64,000 nt of DNA. Source: Octopus vulgaris. Lineage: Eukaryota. The translations under genes and the position numbers were made by a program. Positions 50,414-63,325 of the stretch are shown here, in pieces; position 1 is the stretch's first letter; each line of letters begins with the position of its first letter. The stretch spans positions 109,554,001 through 109,618,000 of the forward strand of contig OX597814.1 of NCBI GenBank assembly GCA_951406725.2. Reading direction: 5' to 3'. Under the pieces are notes generated by a model. That model saw only the letters and a list, made by a program, of their open reading frames with translations. It had not been told where the DNA came from and did not search any database.

Positions 50414-52215
50414 TAAAGACAGCAATGGAAGCCAGAAGTACAGTACACAATACAAAGACTAACTAGCATCTGTCAGTTGTGATGATGAGGGTTCTAGTTA
50501 ATCTGATCAATGGAATAATTTTTTGTGAAATTAACGTGCAAGTGGCTGAGCATTCCACAGACACGCATGCTCCCAATGTAGTTCTCAGGGAGATTAAGCA
50601 TCTCACATCAGCCCATTTGTATGTCAGATACAACTTGTATATAGATGAGGACAGCTGCATAAAGAAGTGCCGAGGTCTAAATGTGGACGGAACCTGTGGA
50701 AGGGGTAGACTCAGAAAGATGTGGGACAAAGTGGTGAGAAAGGATCATTGGACGCTGGGCCCCATTTGGGAAATGCCAAGGGACTGGGAGATGTGGAAAT
50801 TTGCTGTACTTGACAAGATATGTCAAGCTAAGTAAAATTGCTGTTTTCCACATATACAGGAAAAGGATTTTCCCTCCAGTCATTGGACATGATCAAACCA
50901 GCAACGGTTTTGCTCTTTCATATTAGGGAGCCTAGTTTTTCCTGTAATTAGTTCATTGCTTACCCTGCCATACATCTTTTTCCTGTATATGTGTAAAAAG
51001 ATTCGAATGAGGTCAGTGCCAGTACCACCTGACTGGCCCCTGTGTTGGTGGCACGTAAAAGCACCCACTACACTCTCGGAGTGGTTGGCGTTAGGAAGGG
51101 CATCCAGTTGTAGAAACTCTTCCAAATCAGATTGGAATCTGGTGCAGCCATCTGGTTCGCCAGCCCTCCGTCAAACTGTCCAATCCATGCCAGCATGAAA
51201 AGCAGGCATTAAACAACGACTACGATGATGATGATATATAAGGGCATCATTCGAGTGTGATCATTACCAGCGTCGCTTTACTGGCACCTGTGCCAGTGGC
51301 ATGTGTGTGTAAAAAGATTCGAGCGAGGTCATTGCCAGTACCGCCTGACTGGCCCTCGTGCCGGTGGCACATAAAAGCACCCACTACACTCTCGGAGTGG
51401 TTGGCGTTAAGAAGGGCATCCAACTGTAGAAACTCTGCCAGATCAAGATTGGAGCCTGGTGCAGTCATCTGGTTTGCCAGTCCTCAGTCAAAATCGTCCA
51501 ACCCATGCTAGCATGGCAAGCGGACGTTAAATGATGATGATGATGATGATCGGCCTCTCTTTTCAGGTGTCGGCGTCACTTTAAAAGGACCCATGCTGGA
51601 GCTGCATTAACGCACCCATTCCAGTGCTGTGTCAATGCACACATGCCGGTACTGCATTAATGCACCCATGCTGGAGCTGCATAAACATACCCATACCGGT
51701 AGCATGTAAAAAACACCCAGCACATTCTTGTTAAGTGGTTGGCATTAGGAAAGAGATCAAGCCGTAGAAACCATGCCTCAATAGACAGCTGGGGTCTGGA
51801 CAGCTCCCCTGCTAGCCAGCTGCATGTCAAACCTTCCAACCCATACCAGCATGGAAAGTGGACGCTAAATGACGATTATGATGATGATGAACTCATTTTT
51901 GCCAGCTGAGTGGACATACACAACATGAAATAAAGTGTCTTACTCAAGGACACATGTCACCGGGAATTGAACTCACGACCTTACAATCGTGAGCTTAATA
52001 TCCTAATCACATAGCAATGCACCCCCATAGCACACAGAATAAAACGCAGAAAGAGAGAAAGTGAACATTAAAAAGAGTCTTAAGAGAAGAAAGGGTGGAT
52101 AGGCATGGCAGAATAGGCATGTTGGTGAATTTTGGGAAATAGGGAATTTTTGAAGCATGCCATGTCCTAACAAATTAACAAACTGATGTGGGTAGTTTAT
52201 TCCATGATTTTGCAG

Positions 52216-52276
52216 TTCTGAGTGTGAAAGAATGTTTCTGAAAGTCATGGATACTGAACAGAGTGACACCAGAAAT
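52216..52276 (+). CDS. candidate exon of gene B (SECERMFLKVMDTEQSDTRN)
   Basis: Acceptor attttgcag. Phase 2 in (fits the 48277 donor), phase 0 out via a weak AAT|GTATCT donor and a 65-nt intron. Confidence 0.3.
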
Positions 52277-52341
52277 GTATCTTCATTATTACAGACCTGT
52301 TGTTTTTATATTTATTATTTTATTGTTACCCGTTCCCTCAG

Positions 52342-52383
52342 TTGACTCATCAAATCTTGTTCACTGCGGTTCTAACAAGGGAG
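52342..52383 (+). CDS. 42-nt exon of gene B (LTHQILFTAVLTRE)
   Basis: Acceptor ttattgttacccgttccctcag and donor GAG|GTAAGT; phase 0-0. Confidence 0.6.
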
Positions 52384-52467
52384 GTAAGTTAATATAGTTA
52401 CGTCCCTTGGAGATTATAGAAGTTACCTCCCTTATCTATTAGATTTCCGTCCCGTAATTTGAAGCTA

Positions 52468-52862
52468 CTAGCAGTATCGCCCGGCGTTGCTCTAGTTTGT
52501 TTTCTTTTCGACCCTTTAGAATTGGAATTTTTGAAAAGTAAAAATTTTGCCTTATGTAGCTTGTTATTTTCTTTAAGTGAGCATTTTTCTGATTGAAATA
52601 CACCGAAAAATGGCGACAGCAGTAAAAATCGTAAAAAATAGAGATTTTCATAGAAAAAAAGCACCTTTTTGATGTAAATAATTTTTGGTGTTAACATAGT
52701 ACAATTTGAATTTTTTTCTTCTACGGAAGGAAGAGCAAGCCTTCTTCTATCATACTCTCAATTTTGGTCAACTTGCGCCGCAGGGTCTCGGAGGAGATAG
52801 TGTTAGTTGAAGACTACCAAACCTGCCATACACAGACAACTTTAGCCTTATATATAGAGAGA
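52468..52862 (-). mobile_element. non-autonomous Helitron, copy 3
   Basis: A|TC...CTAG|T on the minus strand, 84 bp after the 42-nt exon. Confidence 0.8.
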
Positions 52863-53504
52863 TTAACAAGCACGTTTATAATTAGTTGAAAGGCAGAGAG
52901 AGAGAGAGGCAGACAGACAGAGTGGACATCACATGGAATAGTATGGCAGGGTGAGCAACGAACTAATTACATGAAAAGCCAGGCTCGCTAATATGAAAGA
53001 GCAAATCCTTTGCTGGTTTGATCATGTCCGATGACTGGAGGGAACTCGGTTGCTAAGACAAATACTCGTTTATTGTTGTCTGATGGTAAAAAGATATCAG
53101 AGTAGATGACAGCAACGGTTCCTTTCCTCCGACAACACCATCTCAACACTGTTACCAATACTATGCCTTCATAACAGCCACAACTGCCACCATCTCTATC
53201 GGTAGCATCACTGACACCTCTGCCACTACCTGCTCTATGTCCATTCTGCCATCACCACTACTACCACCAGGACCACCACTGCCGCCACCACCATCACCTC
53301 TGCTACTGCTACCTCCACCACTACCACCATCACTGTCACCATCACCAGCTCAGATCTGGTAGTAACTGTTTCACTGATGAGGTCCAAATAGATTGAAACA
53401 TATCTACAGTTGTCTTCCCCAACTGCTAAGAAATTTGATTCACTCCTCCACTTTCTTCTATCTCTAATTGCTTTTAATTCTGGGGCAGGTAGTGTCTCTT
53501 ACTT

Positions 53505-54260
53505 TTGTTAACCAGGGTTGTCGACAGCGATTTGCGTTGGACAAAACACATTGCTAAAATTGCCACGAAAGCTGAGGGTGTCTTGGCATCATTTACCAAG
53601 TCCTTTGTCAGTCACTCACTGGCTATCTATCTGAGGCTTTATATAGCTATGGTACGACCTCACCTGGAATTTGCATCAATGATCTGGAACCCCTATCTTG
53701 CCCAGGATATTAATCATCTGGAAACTGTTCAGTGATGTGCAACCAAGAGAATACTCACCATCAGGCATTTGCCATATTCTGAACGCCTTACTTCCCTGGG
53801 CATGGATACATGGAAACTCCGACGTCTGGCAGCTGACTTGGCAGACACCCATAAAATTATCAACCATCTTACTAACAATAACTCTGAGCACCTTTTCAAA
53901 CTCCACCTGTCTAACACCCGTGCACATGTTTTCAAAGTCAGAAATCAGCACAGCTCCCATGACCTTTGGAAACATTTTTTCATGCTAAGAGTTGCTGAAG
54001 TATGGAACAAACTGCCAGCATCAGTTGTTAGTTGTCGGAGCACTGCATCCTTCAAAACTTCCATGCTTCCTGAGATTCGGCAACGCTACACCTGATTTTC
54101 TCCCCTCCATACACACGCAAGCATGTATCTGACTCATACATTGTTCACTTTCCAGAAATTTGTACATTACTGCATATGCTTTATACGCACTTTTGACAAG
54201 TTGTGGTGCACCTTAGCACTGTATACAATAATTTCATTATTATTATCATTATTATTATTA

Positions 54261-54298
<38 letters not shown>
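53505..54298 (+). mobile_element. CR1-clade LINE 3' end with (ATT)n tail
   Basis: VRPHLEFASMIWNPYLAQDINHLETVQ, YSERLTSLG, FFMLRVAEVWNKLP, followed by a 3' UTR and (ATT)n. Confidence 0.9.
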
Positions 54299-54392
54299 AT
54301 CTTTAAAATCATTTATCACTCAGCTGTTTCTATCATTAGATTGCAGCTTTTTTAAAGCCTGATGCTTATATATATACATACATGCATATGTA

Positions 54393-54447
<55 letters not shown>

Positions 54448-55042
54448 TACAAAATTAGAGAATGGAGAAACATACTTAAATCAATAAAACATCAACTATC
54501 AGATGATACTCAATCAATACTTTAATACACCATTACATATCGGTAAAGGCACTATACAAAATATTCAGTAAGAGTAAATAGACAAAGAGATATAAGTAAA
54601 AAATTTTCAAATATAATATGTAATTAAATCAAATCTGACAGCTGTTTCGGCAGTGAGGGCAGTCATACCTCATTTAACCTATAAGCCATAAAGGCAGGTA
54701 TAAATGAGGCATTAACAAGGATGCCCCACGGCCTCTTCAGAGAATTAAATTAAATTTGTTATAATTGTGAAAAATATTATTTAACCATATACATATAAAT
54801 ATAAAAATATAAAAATGTAAAATATAAAAAAAACTTATACATCATAATGCTACACTTATATAATATAATACTCATAAGTACAATAATGGAAGGTAAACAG
54901 AACAAAATAAAACAAAATATATATCAGTGTATATATTAATATTAATAAGCACCGATATTATACATATTTGGCTAATAGTTTTTAAAAAAAAAACTAACAC
55001 ATAGGGAGATGAAAAATAATAATTAAAACCATGGTTCAGTTC

Positions 55043-55073
<31 letters not shown>

Positions 55074-55329
55074 TGGGCTTCTTTCAGTTTCCATTTGCTT
55101 AATCCACTCACTAGGCTTTGGTTGGTCTGATGCTGTTTTAGAAGGCACTTGCCCATGGTACCACGCAGTGGGACTGAACCCATAGCCATGTGGTTGGATA
55201 GCAAGCTTCTTACCACACAGCCGGGCCTGTGCTTGAATTAATTTTCTGTGCTCTTCACTGTGAGTTTGCTTTTAATTAAGACCCCTTGATTAGTCATTGC
55301 ACTATGTGTGAGAAGCCAATTTAGTGTAA

Positions 55330-55700
55330 GGGATTATGAAGATTACAAAAATTAAGTTGAAAGGAATTAATTTACTTTAGACTTGAAAGAGTTGAGAGAG
55401 AGGAGAGCAATGAGTTGGAAGAGAGTTCCAAAGTCAGGCAGTTTGAGGGGAAAAAACTGCGACTGTAGAAATACATCCTCATTTATGGAAGCCCAACATT
55501 TTGATGAAGACATTGTGGGTTTTGAGTCAGGTGAGGTGGCACAAAGTGTTCTGGAACTAAGAGAGAAAGTTCATGAGATCATTTCCTGTGGCAACAACGA
55601 ATAGAAAATACTAAGACTGGCAACGACAGATCAATGTGACAAGGGGATTGTGGGGCTGAAGCAAGAGAGGGATCGGTCAAATAGAGGATCCGCTTCTGAA
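55330..55700 (-). mobile_element. degenerate CR1-group LINE 3' fragment
   Basis: Minus-strand remnants resembling ASLSIFY...FYSRSFFP...LWNSLP...SFKSKVN. Confidence 0.5.
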
Positions 55701-56520
55701 CCCAGTCGTGGACATCCAAGTGACAAAATGGTACCCTTGCTCAAATATTTGCTTCTGAATTGAGTATTCCACAGGCACATGGGCCCTTTATGTAATTCCC
55801 TCTGTAGAATCAGCAAAACATAATGTGACAAGCTGTCATTTAAATTAGAATTTATCACACAGGCTTCTGTACAGTTTCCTTTCACTCAAATTCACTCACA
55901 ATGTTTGGATCAATCCAATCTTTAATCTTTTATATTTTACTTGTTTCAGTCATTATATTGCGACCATGCTGGGGCACTGCCTTGAAGAAGTTTAGTCAAA
56001 CAAGTTGACCCTGTTATTTTTTTTTAAAGCCTGGTGCTTATTCTATCTGTCCCTTTTGCTGAACTGCTAAGTTATGGGGATGTAAACAAACCAACATCGG
56101 TTGTCAAGCATTGGTGGGGAGCAAACACAGCCACACACATACACACATATATGATGGGTTTCTTTCAGTTTCCATCTACCAAATCCACTCACAAGGCTCT
56201 GGAAATCCTGGGTCTATAGTAGAAGACATGTGCCCAGGCTGTCATGCAATGGTCAGGAAGTAATTTCTTACCACACAGACATGACTGCACCAAAGGCTAA
56301 AAAAAAATTGATACTTGTCCAAAATGCCATACAGTAAGATTGAACCTGTGACCCCATGGTTGTGAAGTGAACTTCTTAACCATTCATCCATCTATACTGT
56401 GCCTGAACAGGAAGTCCTTGCTTATGGTTTGTTAATAAATGAACCAGTTCCCATAATTTACAATTTAATGATGTCACAATTTAAAGTCTTGTGCTAATGG
56501 AGGTTTACATATTCTTGTAG

Positions 56521-56661
56521 GAACAGATTAACAGAATTATCTGCAAAGAGATTTTATATGAAGACATCCTGCATCCAGTCATTTCAGACATGTTATATGA
56601 GACTGCTCACTGGACATTGCAGTTCTATGCTCAGAAATTCTACAGGAGAGACTTAAATGAG
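56521..56661 (+). CDS. exon of gene B (EQINRIICKEILYEDILHPVISDMLYETAHWTLQFYAQKFYRRDLNE)
   Basis: Acceptor attcttgtag and donor GAG|GTTTGT. 141 nt, fully open, phase 0-0. Missed by the ORF track. Confidence 0.72.
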
Positions 56662-57369
56662 GTTTGTAAGCTCAACATCCTTTCACTAAATATGTAAAAT
56701 CATGTCCCATCATTTACCATTTTGCTTCATCTAATAATTTCTGATTTTCTTCAGCCAACATTTACTATTTGTTAGTTAATATTGGTTTCAAATTTTAGCA
56801 CAAGGCCAGCAATTTCAGTAGGGGGCAGAATGTAAGTTGATTACATCAAGCCCAGGTATCAGGGATGTGTAACAAAAGATTTCCAGACAATGGACATAAG
56901 ATAAATTAAGAAAAATAATAAACGAGTGAAAAATGTAATGCATGTGTTTATTTGGTAAGAAAACATAGAAAATGACCGTTCCAAAATCATCATCATCATC
57001 ATCATCATCATTTAACGTCCGTTTTCTGTGCTTGCATGGGTTGGACGGTTTGATCTGGGTCTGAGAAGTCATGAGGCTACATCAGGCTCAAGTCTGATCT
57101 GGCAGTGTTTCTGCAGCTGGATGCTCTTCCTAATGCCAACAACTCCATGAGTGTAGTAGGTGTTGTTTACATGCCACCAGCACGGATGCCAGTCAAGGTG
57201 GCGCTGACATTGGCCATGTTCGGACGGTACTTTTTACGTGCCACCGGCACAGGTATCACATCTACAATTTCCATTTGATTTTATTTTGATGTTGATGTAC
57301 TTGACTCAATAGGTCTCCTCAAGCACAGCAGGTCACCCCATGATCCAAAGTAAGCACAGCAGGCCGTCC

Positions 57370-57745
57370 TGTGAGCCATGAACTCACTTCATTTGTTGGG
57401 TCTTTGCAGTCACAGCATATCTCCAGAGGTCTCAGTCTTTCGTCATTGCCTCTGAGGCCTAACATTCGAAGGTCATGCTTGACCACCTCATCCCATGTCT
57501 TCCTGGGTCTACCTCTACTCCGGATACCTTCAACTGTTTGGGAGTGGCACTTCTTCACACATCTCTCCTCATCCATCCATAGTACATGACCATACCAGCA
57601 CAAACGTCTCTCTTGCACACCATATCTGATGTTTCTTATGTCTACCATTTCTCTCAGGGCACTTACACTCTGACGAGTATGCACACTGACATTACACATC
57701 CAGCAGATCATACTAACTTCATTGCTTTCGAGCCTACGTATGTCC
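57370..57745 (-). mobile_element. RTE LINE 3' fragment; related piece at ~50600-50830 (+)
   Basis: VQERRLCWYGHVLWMDEERCVKKCH...GRPRKTWDEVVKHDLR. Confidence 0.85.
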
Positions 57746-58154
57746 TCTCATAGTTGCATGCACATCTGCAATGTTTTTCTCAATTTTACTGGTTGCAGGT
57801 CTCCCAGAACGTTTGTCAATATCAACATTTTTTTGGCCATGTTGGAAACATCTGAACCGCTCGTCATACTTGTGTGCAGCTCATACACTCCTCACCATAC
57901 ACTTTCTGCAACTTTGCATAGGCTTTGAAAAGCATTCACCATGACAACTTTCTCTGTCATGGTCAATGTGACAATCACACACTACACACTTTCCTTCCAA
58001 GCACTGCTGTAAACAGTGGAAGTGAGTTAGAATGTTAAAACTTAGTGCAAATGCACAGCAGACTTCAAGGTCAATCTGTGCCATGCGACTTCACTCTGTG
58101 TGCCTTAGCTTCATTACTATGGCAACAGCCCAGATACTTATTGATCAAACCTAG
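57745..58154 (-). mobile_element. mariner 5' end (TIR plus N-terminal HTH remnant)
   Basis: Minus strand ta-ctaggtttgatcaataagt..., then AYAKLQKVYGEECMS...DKRSGRPATS. Confidence 0.7.
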
Positions 58155-58859
58155 TATATATATATGTATATATATATATATATATATATCATCATCATCA
58201 TCATTGTTGTCGTTTAGTGTCTGCTTTACATGCTGGCATGGGTTGAACTGTTTGACTAAGGGCTGGCAAGCCAGAAGGCTACACAAGGTTCCAATCTGAT
58301 CTGACAAAGTTTCTACAGCTGGATGCCCTTCCTAATGCCAACCACTCCGAGAGTGTAGTGGGTGCTTTTTATGTGCCACAGGCACAGGAACCAGTCAGGT
58401 GGCACTGGCAATGACCACGCTCAAATGGTGCTTTTTGTGTGCCACCAGTACGAGTGCTAATCAGGCTGTACTGTCATTGGTCACAACAATGACTTCACTT
58501 GACTCAATAGGTCTTTGCAAGCGTAGTTTATTGTCCAATAATTGAAGGGTCCTCTTAAACGAGCCGGTTATACTGCACTGGCATATGCCACGGTTATGGC
58601 TCACTTGGTTTGCCGGGTCTTCTCAAGCACAGCACATCTCCAAGGTCTCGGTCACTTGTCATCACCTCCATGAGGCCTAACGTTCGAACACCATCCCACC
58701 TCCATTGCGCACACACACACAAACATTCATATACCTCCCTTTTACATACACACACACAAACATTCACATACCTCCCTTTTACATACACACACACAAAGTT
58801 GAAACGCTGTTTGATTTTTTTTTTCACTGTACAACTTCCATCATCCCATTACCAAGTTT

Positions 58860-59190
58860 GCCATCACCCCTTCTTACCTTATTCACCTTTCACCCCTTCC
58901 TTCCTTATTCATCTTTCACCCCTTCCTTCCTTATTCATGTATCACCCCATCCTTCCTTATTCATCTATCACCCCTTCCTTCCTTATTCACCTTTCATCCC
59001 TTCCTTCCTTATTCATCTTTCACCCCTTCCTTCCTTATTCATCTTTCATCCCTTCCTTATTCATCTATCACCCCTTCCTTCCTTATTCATCTTTCACCCT
59101 TTCCTTCCTTATTCATCTTTCATCCCTTCCTTCCTTATTCATCTATCACCCCTTCCTTCCTTATTCATCTGTCACCCCTTCCTTTCTCAT
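58860..59190. repeat. ~25-bp pyrimidine-rich minisatellite (tcaccccttccttccttattcatct)
   Basis: About 13 tandem units visible. Confidence 0.9.
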
Positions 59191-59790
59191 TCATATGTTG
59201 TGATGGAAAAATGCACAAGAGTATTATTATAGTTGATGGTTGATAATCTCGAACAGTGTCTGGGGCTGAGTGAAACAAAAGAAGTCGTTATTTTGTTATG
59301 AATGCGTAACATCTTAGACTGGTTAAGACATGTGTGTGTGTGTGTGGGGGGGGGGCAGTGTGACCTTTCCAGTGATAATCAAACTATGATAATGGAACTG
59401 ATATCTAGTTCTAGACAGACAGACGGGTAATTGAAAATGTTTGTCTAAAAACTTCAGACACATTAAACTAACAGTTCTCAGTTACAATTGTAAATATATT
59501 TAAGTGTTCAAATATTTATTTCATAATCAAACAGTATTGTTCTCAAGCTGGGGAGAAAACAAGTTAGATCAGAATATTAATTGGTTTTTGTTATGTCATA
59601 ATGGAACCTTACAAATAATAATAATAGGTGCAGAACCAATCAGTGACTTTCATGGCTTTTCATCTCAACTGATTGGAAGTGTTATCATGTACATTGTTTA
59701 TCTTGGTATAAAAGATGGACTACAGCAAATATTCTGCTCAATACCACAGATTTATAAAAGAAATGGGAATCTTAGCAAAACCTAGGTTAA

Positions 59791-59854
<64 letters not shown>

Positions 59855-59859
59855 TAATT

Positions 59860-60413
59860 ACCCTGATGCTGTACCAGGCAGTGGCTCTCATGGTTTCTGA
59901 TCTTAGCTGATTGGAAGTGTTATCATGTACATTGTTTTGTCTTGGTATAAAAGATGGGCTACAGTAAATATTCTGCTCAATACCACAGATTTACTTGTCA
60001 GTTGTTTGACCTTAACCAGTTGAGCATGTTCCTTAGTGGCTGACTATATGTGTATCTCTAATCACGAGCAGAAGTTGTGGGGGAGCATCATAGCCATTTG
60101 TTGAGAGGGATTCTTTGGGGTTTGAATTATTTACCTCTGGAAACATGGGTGTTTCATTCAACATCCTTAAACAATCCTTATTCAGGGACCTTTTGAGCGG
60201 GATGGGCTACTCGACCTGAAGAAAATTCTAACTGGACCCCACCTGCAAGGTCATGTGCTGTTCATCTTGGTATGAGATCACCATGTTGCGCACATATGGT
60301 TGTGATGCATGTGCCTAGTGTACCCTTATCAGATGGGTAGTCATGTTGGGTATACTGGGCTTTGTATATTTTACCCCAGTGTCACTTTGATGGCATGCAC
60401 TGCTCTCTTACTC

Positions 60414-60414
<1 letters not shown>
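59860..60414 (+). mobile_element. non-coding retroposed element ending in an (AAT)n tail; other copies ~20487-20820, ~36466-36920, ~59627-59750
   Basis: Shared ~550-bp sequence ending gcactgctctc...actc(aat)n; copies sit in or next to trinucleotide repeats. Confidence 0.75.
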
Positions 60415-60461
<47 letters not shown>

Positions 60462-61192
60462 TATTATTATCTTTTCTACTAAAGGCACAAGGCCTGAAAT
60501 TTAGAGGAGGGGAGTAGTCAATATCATCAACCCAGTACTCAACTAGTACTTATTTCATCGACCCTGAAAGAATAAAAGGCAAAATCAACCCCAGCAGAAT
60601 TTGAACTCAGAATGTAAAGACGGATGAAATGCCGCTAAGCATTTTGTCCAGCAAGCTAACAATTCTAATGGCTCACCACCTTCATGATGATAATAATAAT
60701 GTAGAATATTGTGTAGAATTATCAATTCCTGGTGTAATCCTTTTGTTACCATATTTCTGTTACCTTATGACACTGCCTTTGTTTCAATGAATTACAAAAA
60801 TAATGAAGAATTTACCAAAATAACATTGTCATTTTTAAACTGGTGTCTGGAACATAAATTAAAAGAAGAATTTGATGGAAGGTTTGAATTTAAAATGAGA
60901 AGTTTGTATCATAGATAAAGAGTAGTCTTAGGTGGTTTGATATTCTACTGGGTTACCCTTTAACTGTGGAAATCAGATATAATCCATTCCAGATTTCATT
61001 ACTCTTAATTCACGAATGGCAGCTTTAAATACCAATCTATCTTTTGTTAAGGAATGTCATATTTGAAATTATCTTCTGCTGAGGTATGTTAAGTTTACTG
61101 AAAGAATGTGACTTGCAGAAAATACCAAATCTGTTTTTTGGTTGATATTTAAACATCATTACTAGAAAAATGATTAAATTTAAGGATTAAAT

Positions 61193-61911
61193 CTGTGGTT
61201 CTAAACTTGGGTTCATATGATCCTTGTGGGTACGTATAAGATTTTGTTGTTAAAATTAACAATTGATCTTGATTATTGGAACTGCCTTAAAATATTGAAA
61301 TTTTATTCTCTCCACCGCCATCATGAGTGCTACATCATTTGCACAATGTGGAGAATATACCACCAGCATTGCCCAAACATGCTTAACATTAGAGCCAGAA
61401 TCTATTCAGGGCTGGAACCATGTGCCATATGCTCCCCTACACAATTCTGGTTCACAATGCATAAATTCACTCCAATGCAATTTCTTTTTCTCAACGAGCC
61501 CTGCTTTATTTACCATTATCCCAAAACAAACCAAAGAAGAAAAAGATCCCATCACCTTCAAATGACACCTGGACACATTTCTTCAAGGGAGACCAGATAA
61601 GCCACCTCTACCTGGATACATCTCAGTGGACAACAACTCCCTACTTGAATTGGCCAGTATACCACAAAGTTTGACTTTAAAATAACTTAACAGATCCCCT
61701 CAGGTGGAGCTATTAAGTTAGACATGGCCTGGGCCAATTTTTGGCCAGAACATGTACTCAAAATATTTTTACAATTTTTTTTATACAGTTCCTAATAATA
61801 TTTAATTATAAAAATATAATTTTTAAACATCGGATGGCTCTGAAGGTCCACTCAGGTAAAGTTGGCATCAAAGGGGTCCATAGATAAAAAAAAAAATGGT
61901 TGAGAACCCTG
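61193..61911. mobile_element. hAT-like MITE containing a nested CR1/L2-like 3' fragment (~61320-61760)
   Basis: Ends ctgtggttctaaact and ggttgagaaccctg. Internal LKFYSLHRHHECYIICTMWRIY and LDTFL..PDKPPLPGY remnants. Confidence 0.55.
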
Positions 61912-62009
61912 GGTGGGAACCATTAAACTGTTTCAAATTTTAACCTTATAAATTCCTCAAAGTTTATTTAATACTCAGAATACTGTTTATGTTTTGGTGG
62001 CACTTTCAG

Positions 62010-62130
62010 CTCTTCAGTGTGACTAATTTCAAGTTGGTTGATTCAATGGTTTTGGAACAACTTCTGTACCATGAGGCCCAACCAAAGAAACTCTGGACAG
62101 ATTCTGAAATAGCTGAGAAAGCTCTTGATG
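62010..62130 (+). CDS. exon of gene B (LFSVTNFKLVDSMVLEQLLYHEAQPKKLWTDSEIAEKALD); gene probably continues beyond the window
   Basis: Acceptor cactttcag and donor ATG|GTAAGA. Phase 0 in (matches the previous exon), phase 1 out. Confidence 0.72.
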
Positions 62131-63039
62131 GTAAGATACAAGCTGGATTAAAATCAATAGAGGCCCAAAGCACTCTAAAAATTTTGGTGCTCCCCACCTA
62201 TATATGTAATTCAAAATCTAAACAATAATAAACCATAAAATAAATTTCTATTTTTCAAAATGCAACAAAACTAACAGCAAGATAGAAAATAATGTTTAGT
62301 TTTGTAATACTTCCACCTTAATTATATTGGAAAAGTTTTCTCCTACTTTTTTCAAGGGCAAATTTTTTGATCAGGTCCTCACCATGAACACATTGAAGTT
62401 AAATTTCTGGTCATATAAACCATTTTCAATATTATTTTAGCAAGTTTAACCCTTTCGTTACTGTACTTCTGTTGAGATGTTCTGTGTTTCTTTCAATTAA
62501 TTTTAAATATAACAAAGAATTTAGTAAAATAACTTAGTTATCATTCAGCTAGTGTTAGGAACATAAATTGTGACTAAGGTTTGGTGGAAGATTTTAATTC
62601 AGAACTTTTGAAAACAAGACATTTGTATTACAGAGTCAGAGACAGTTTCAGGCAGGTTGGTATCGAAAGGGTTAAGAATTGTTTCTCTATTATATATTTT
62701 AACCATTTTGTTACCATATTTCTGTTGAGATGCTTTGTGTTTCTTTCAATTAACTTTAAATATAACAAAGAATTTAGTAAAATAACTTAGTTATCATTCC
62801 ATGACAGGCTTCTTTCAGTTTCCATCTATCATATCCACTCACAAGGCTTTGGTCAGCCTGGGACTATAGCAGAAGACACTTGTTCAAAGTGCCACACAGT
62901 GGGACTGAACCCAGGACCATGTGGTTGGGAAGCAAGCTTCTTACCACACAGTCATGCCTGTACATAAATCTGTGTGTTTGAACAGAATCTGGGTTGAATT
63001 AAATTTGGGTGTGTAGAATTTAATAAGTGTGTTACACCA

Positions 63040-63325
63040 AATGTGTGTGTTGTGTGTGTGTGTGCATGTGTACATGTGTTGTGTGTGTGTGTGTGTGTGT
63101 ATGTGTTTGTGTGTTGTGAGTGTGTGTGTGTGTGTGTGTTGTGTGTTGCATGTGTGTGTGCATGTTTGTGTGTGTGCGTGTATGTTGTATGTGTGTGCAT
63201 GTTGTGTGTGTGTGTGTTTGTGTGTGTTGTGTGTTGCATGTCTGTGCATGTGTGTGTGTGCTTGTTGTGTGTCTGTGTGTGCGTATGTGTGTTATGTGTG
63301 CATGTTGTGTGTATGTGTGTGTGCA
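63040..63325. repeat. degenerate (TG)n microsatellite; GA-rich tract at ~63560-63720
   Basis: Directly visible in the sequence. Confidence 0.9.

Noticed and set aside
58113-58125. X-box-like cattactatggcaac
   Set aside because: Lies inside a mariner terminal region and only one half-site is good.
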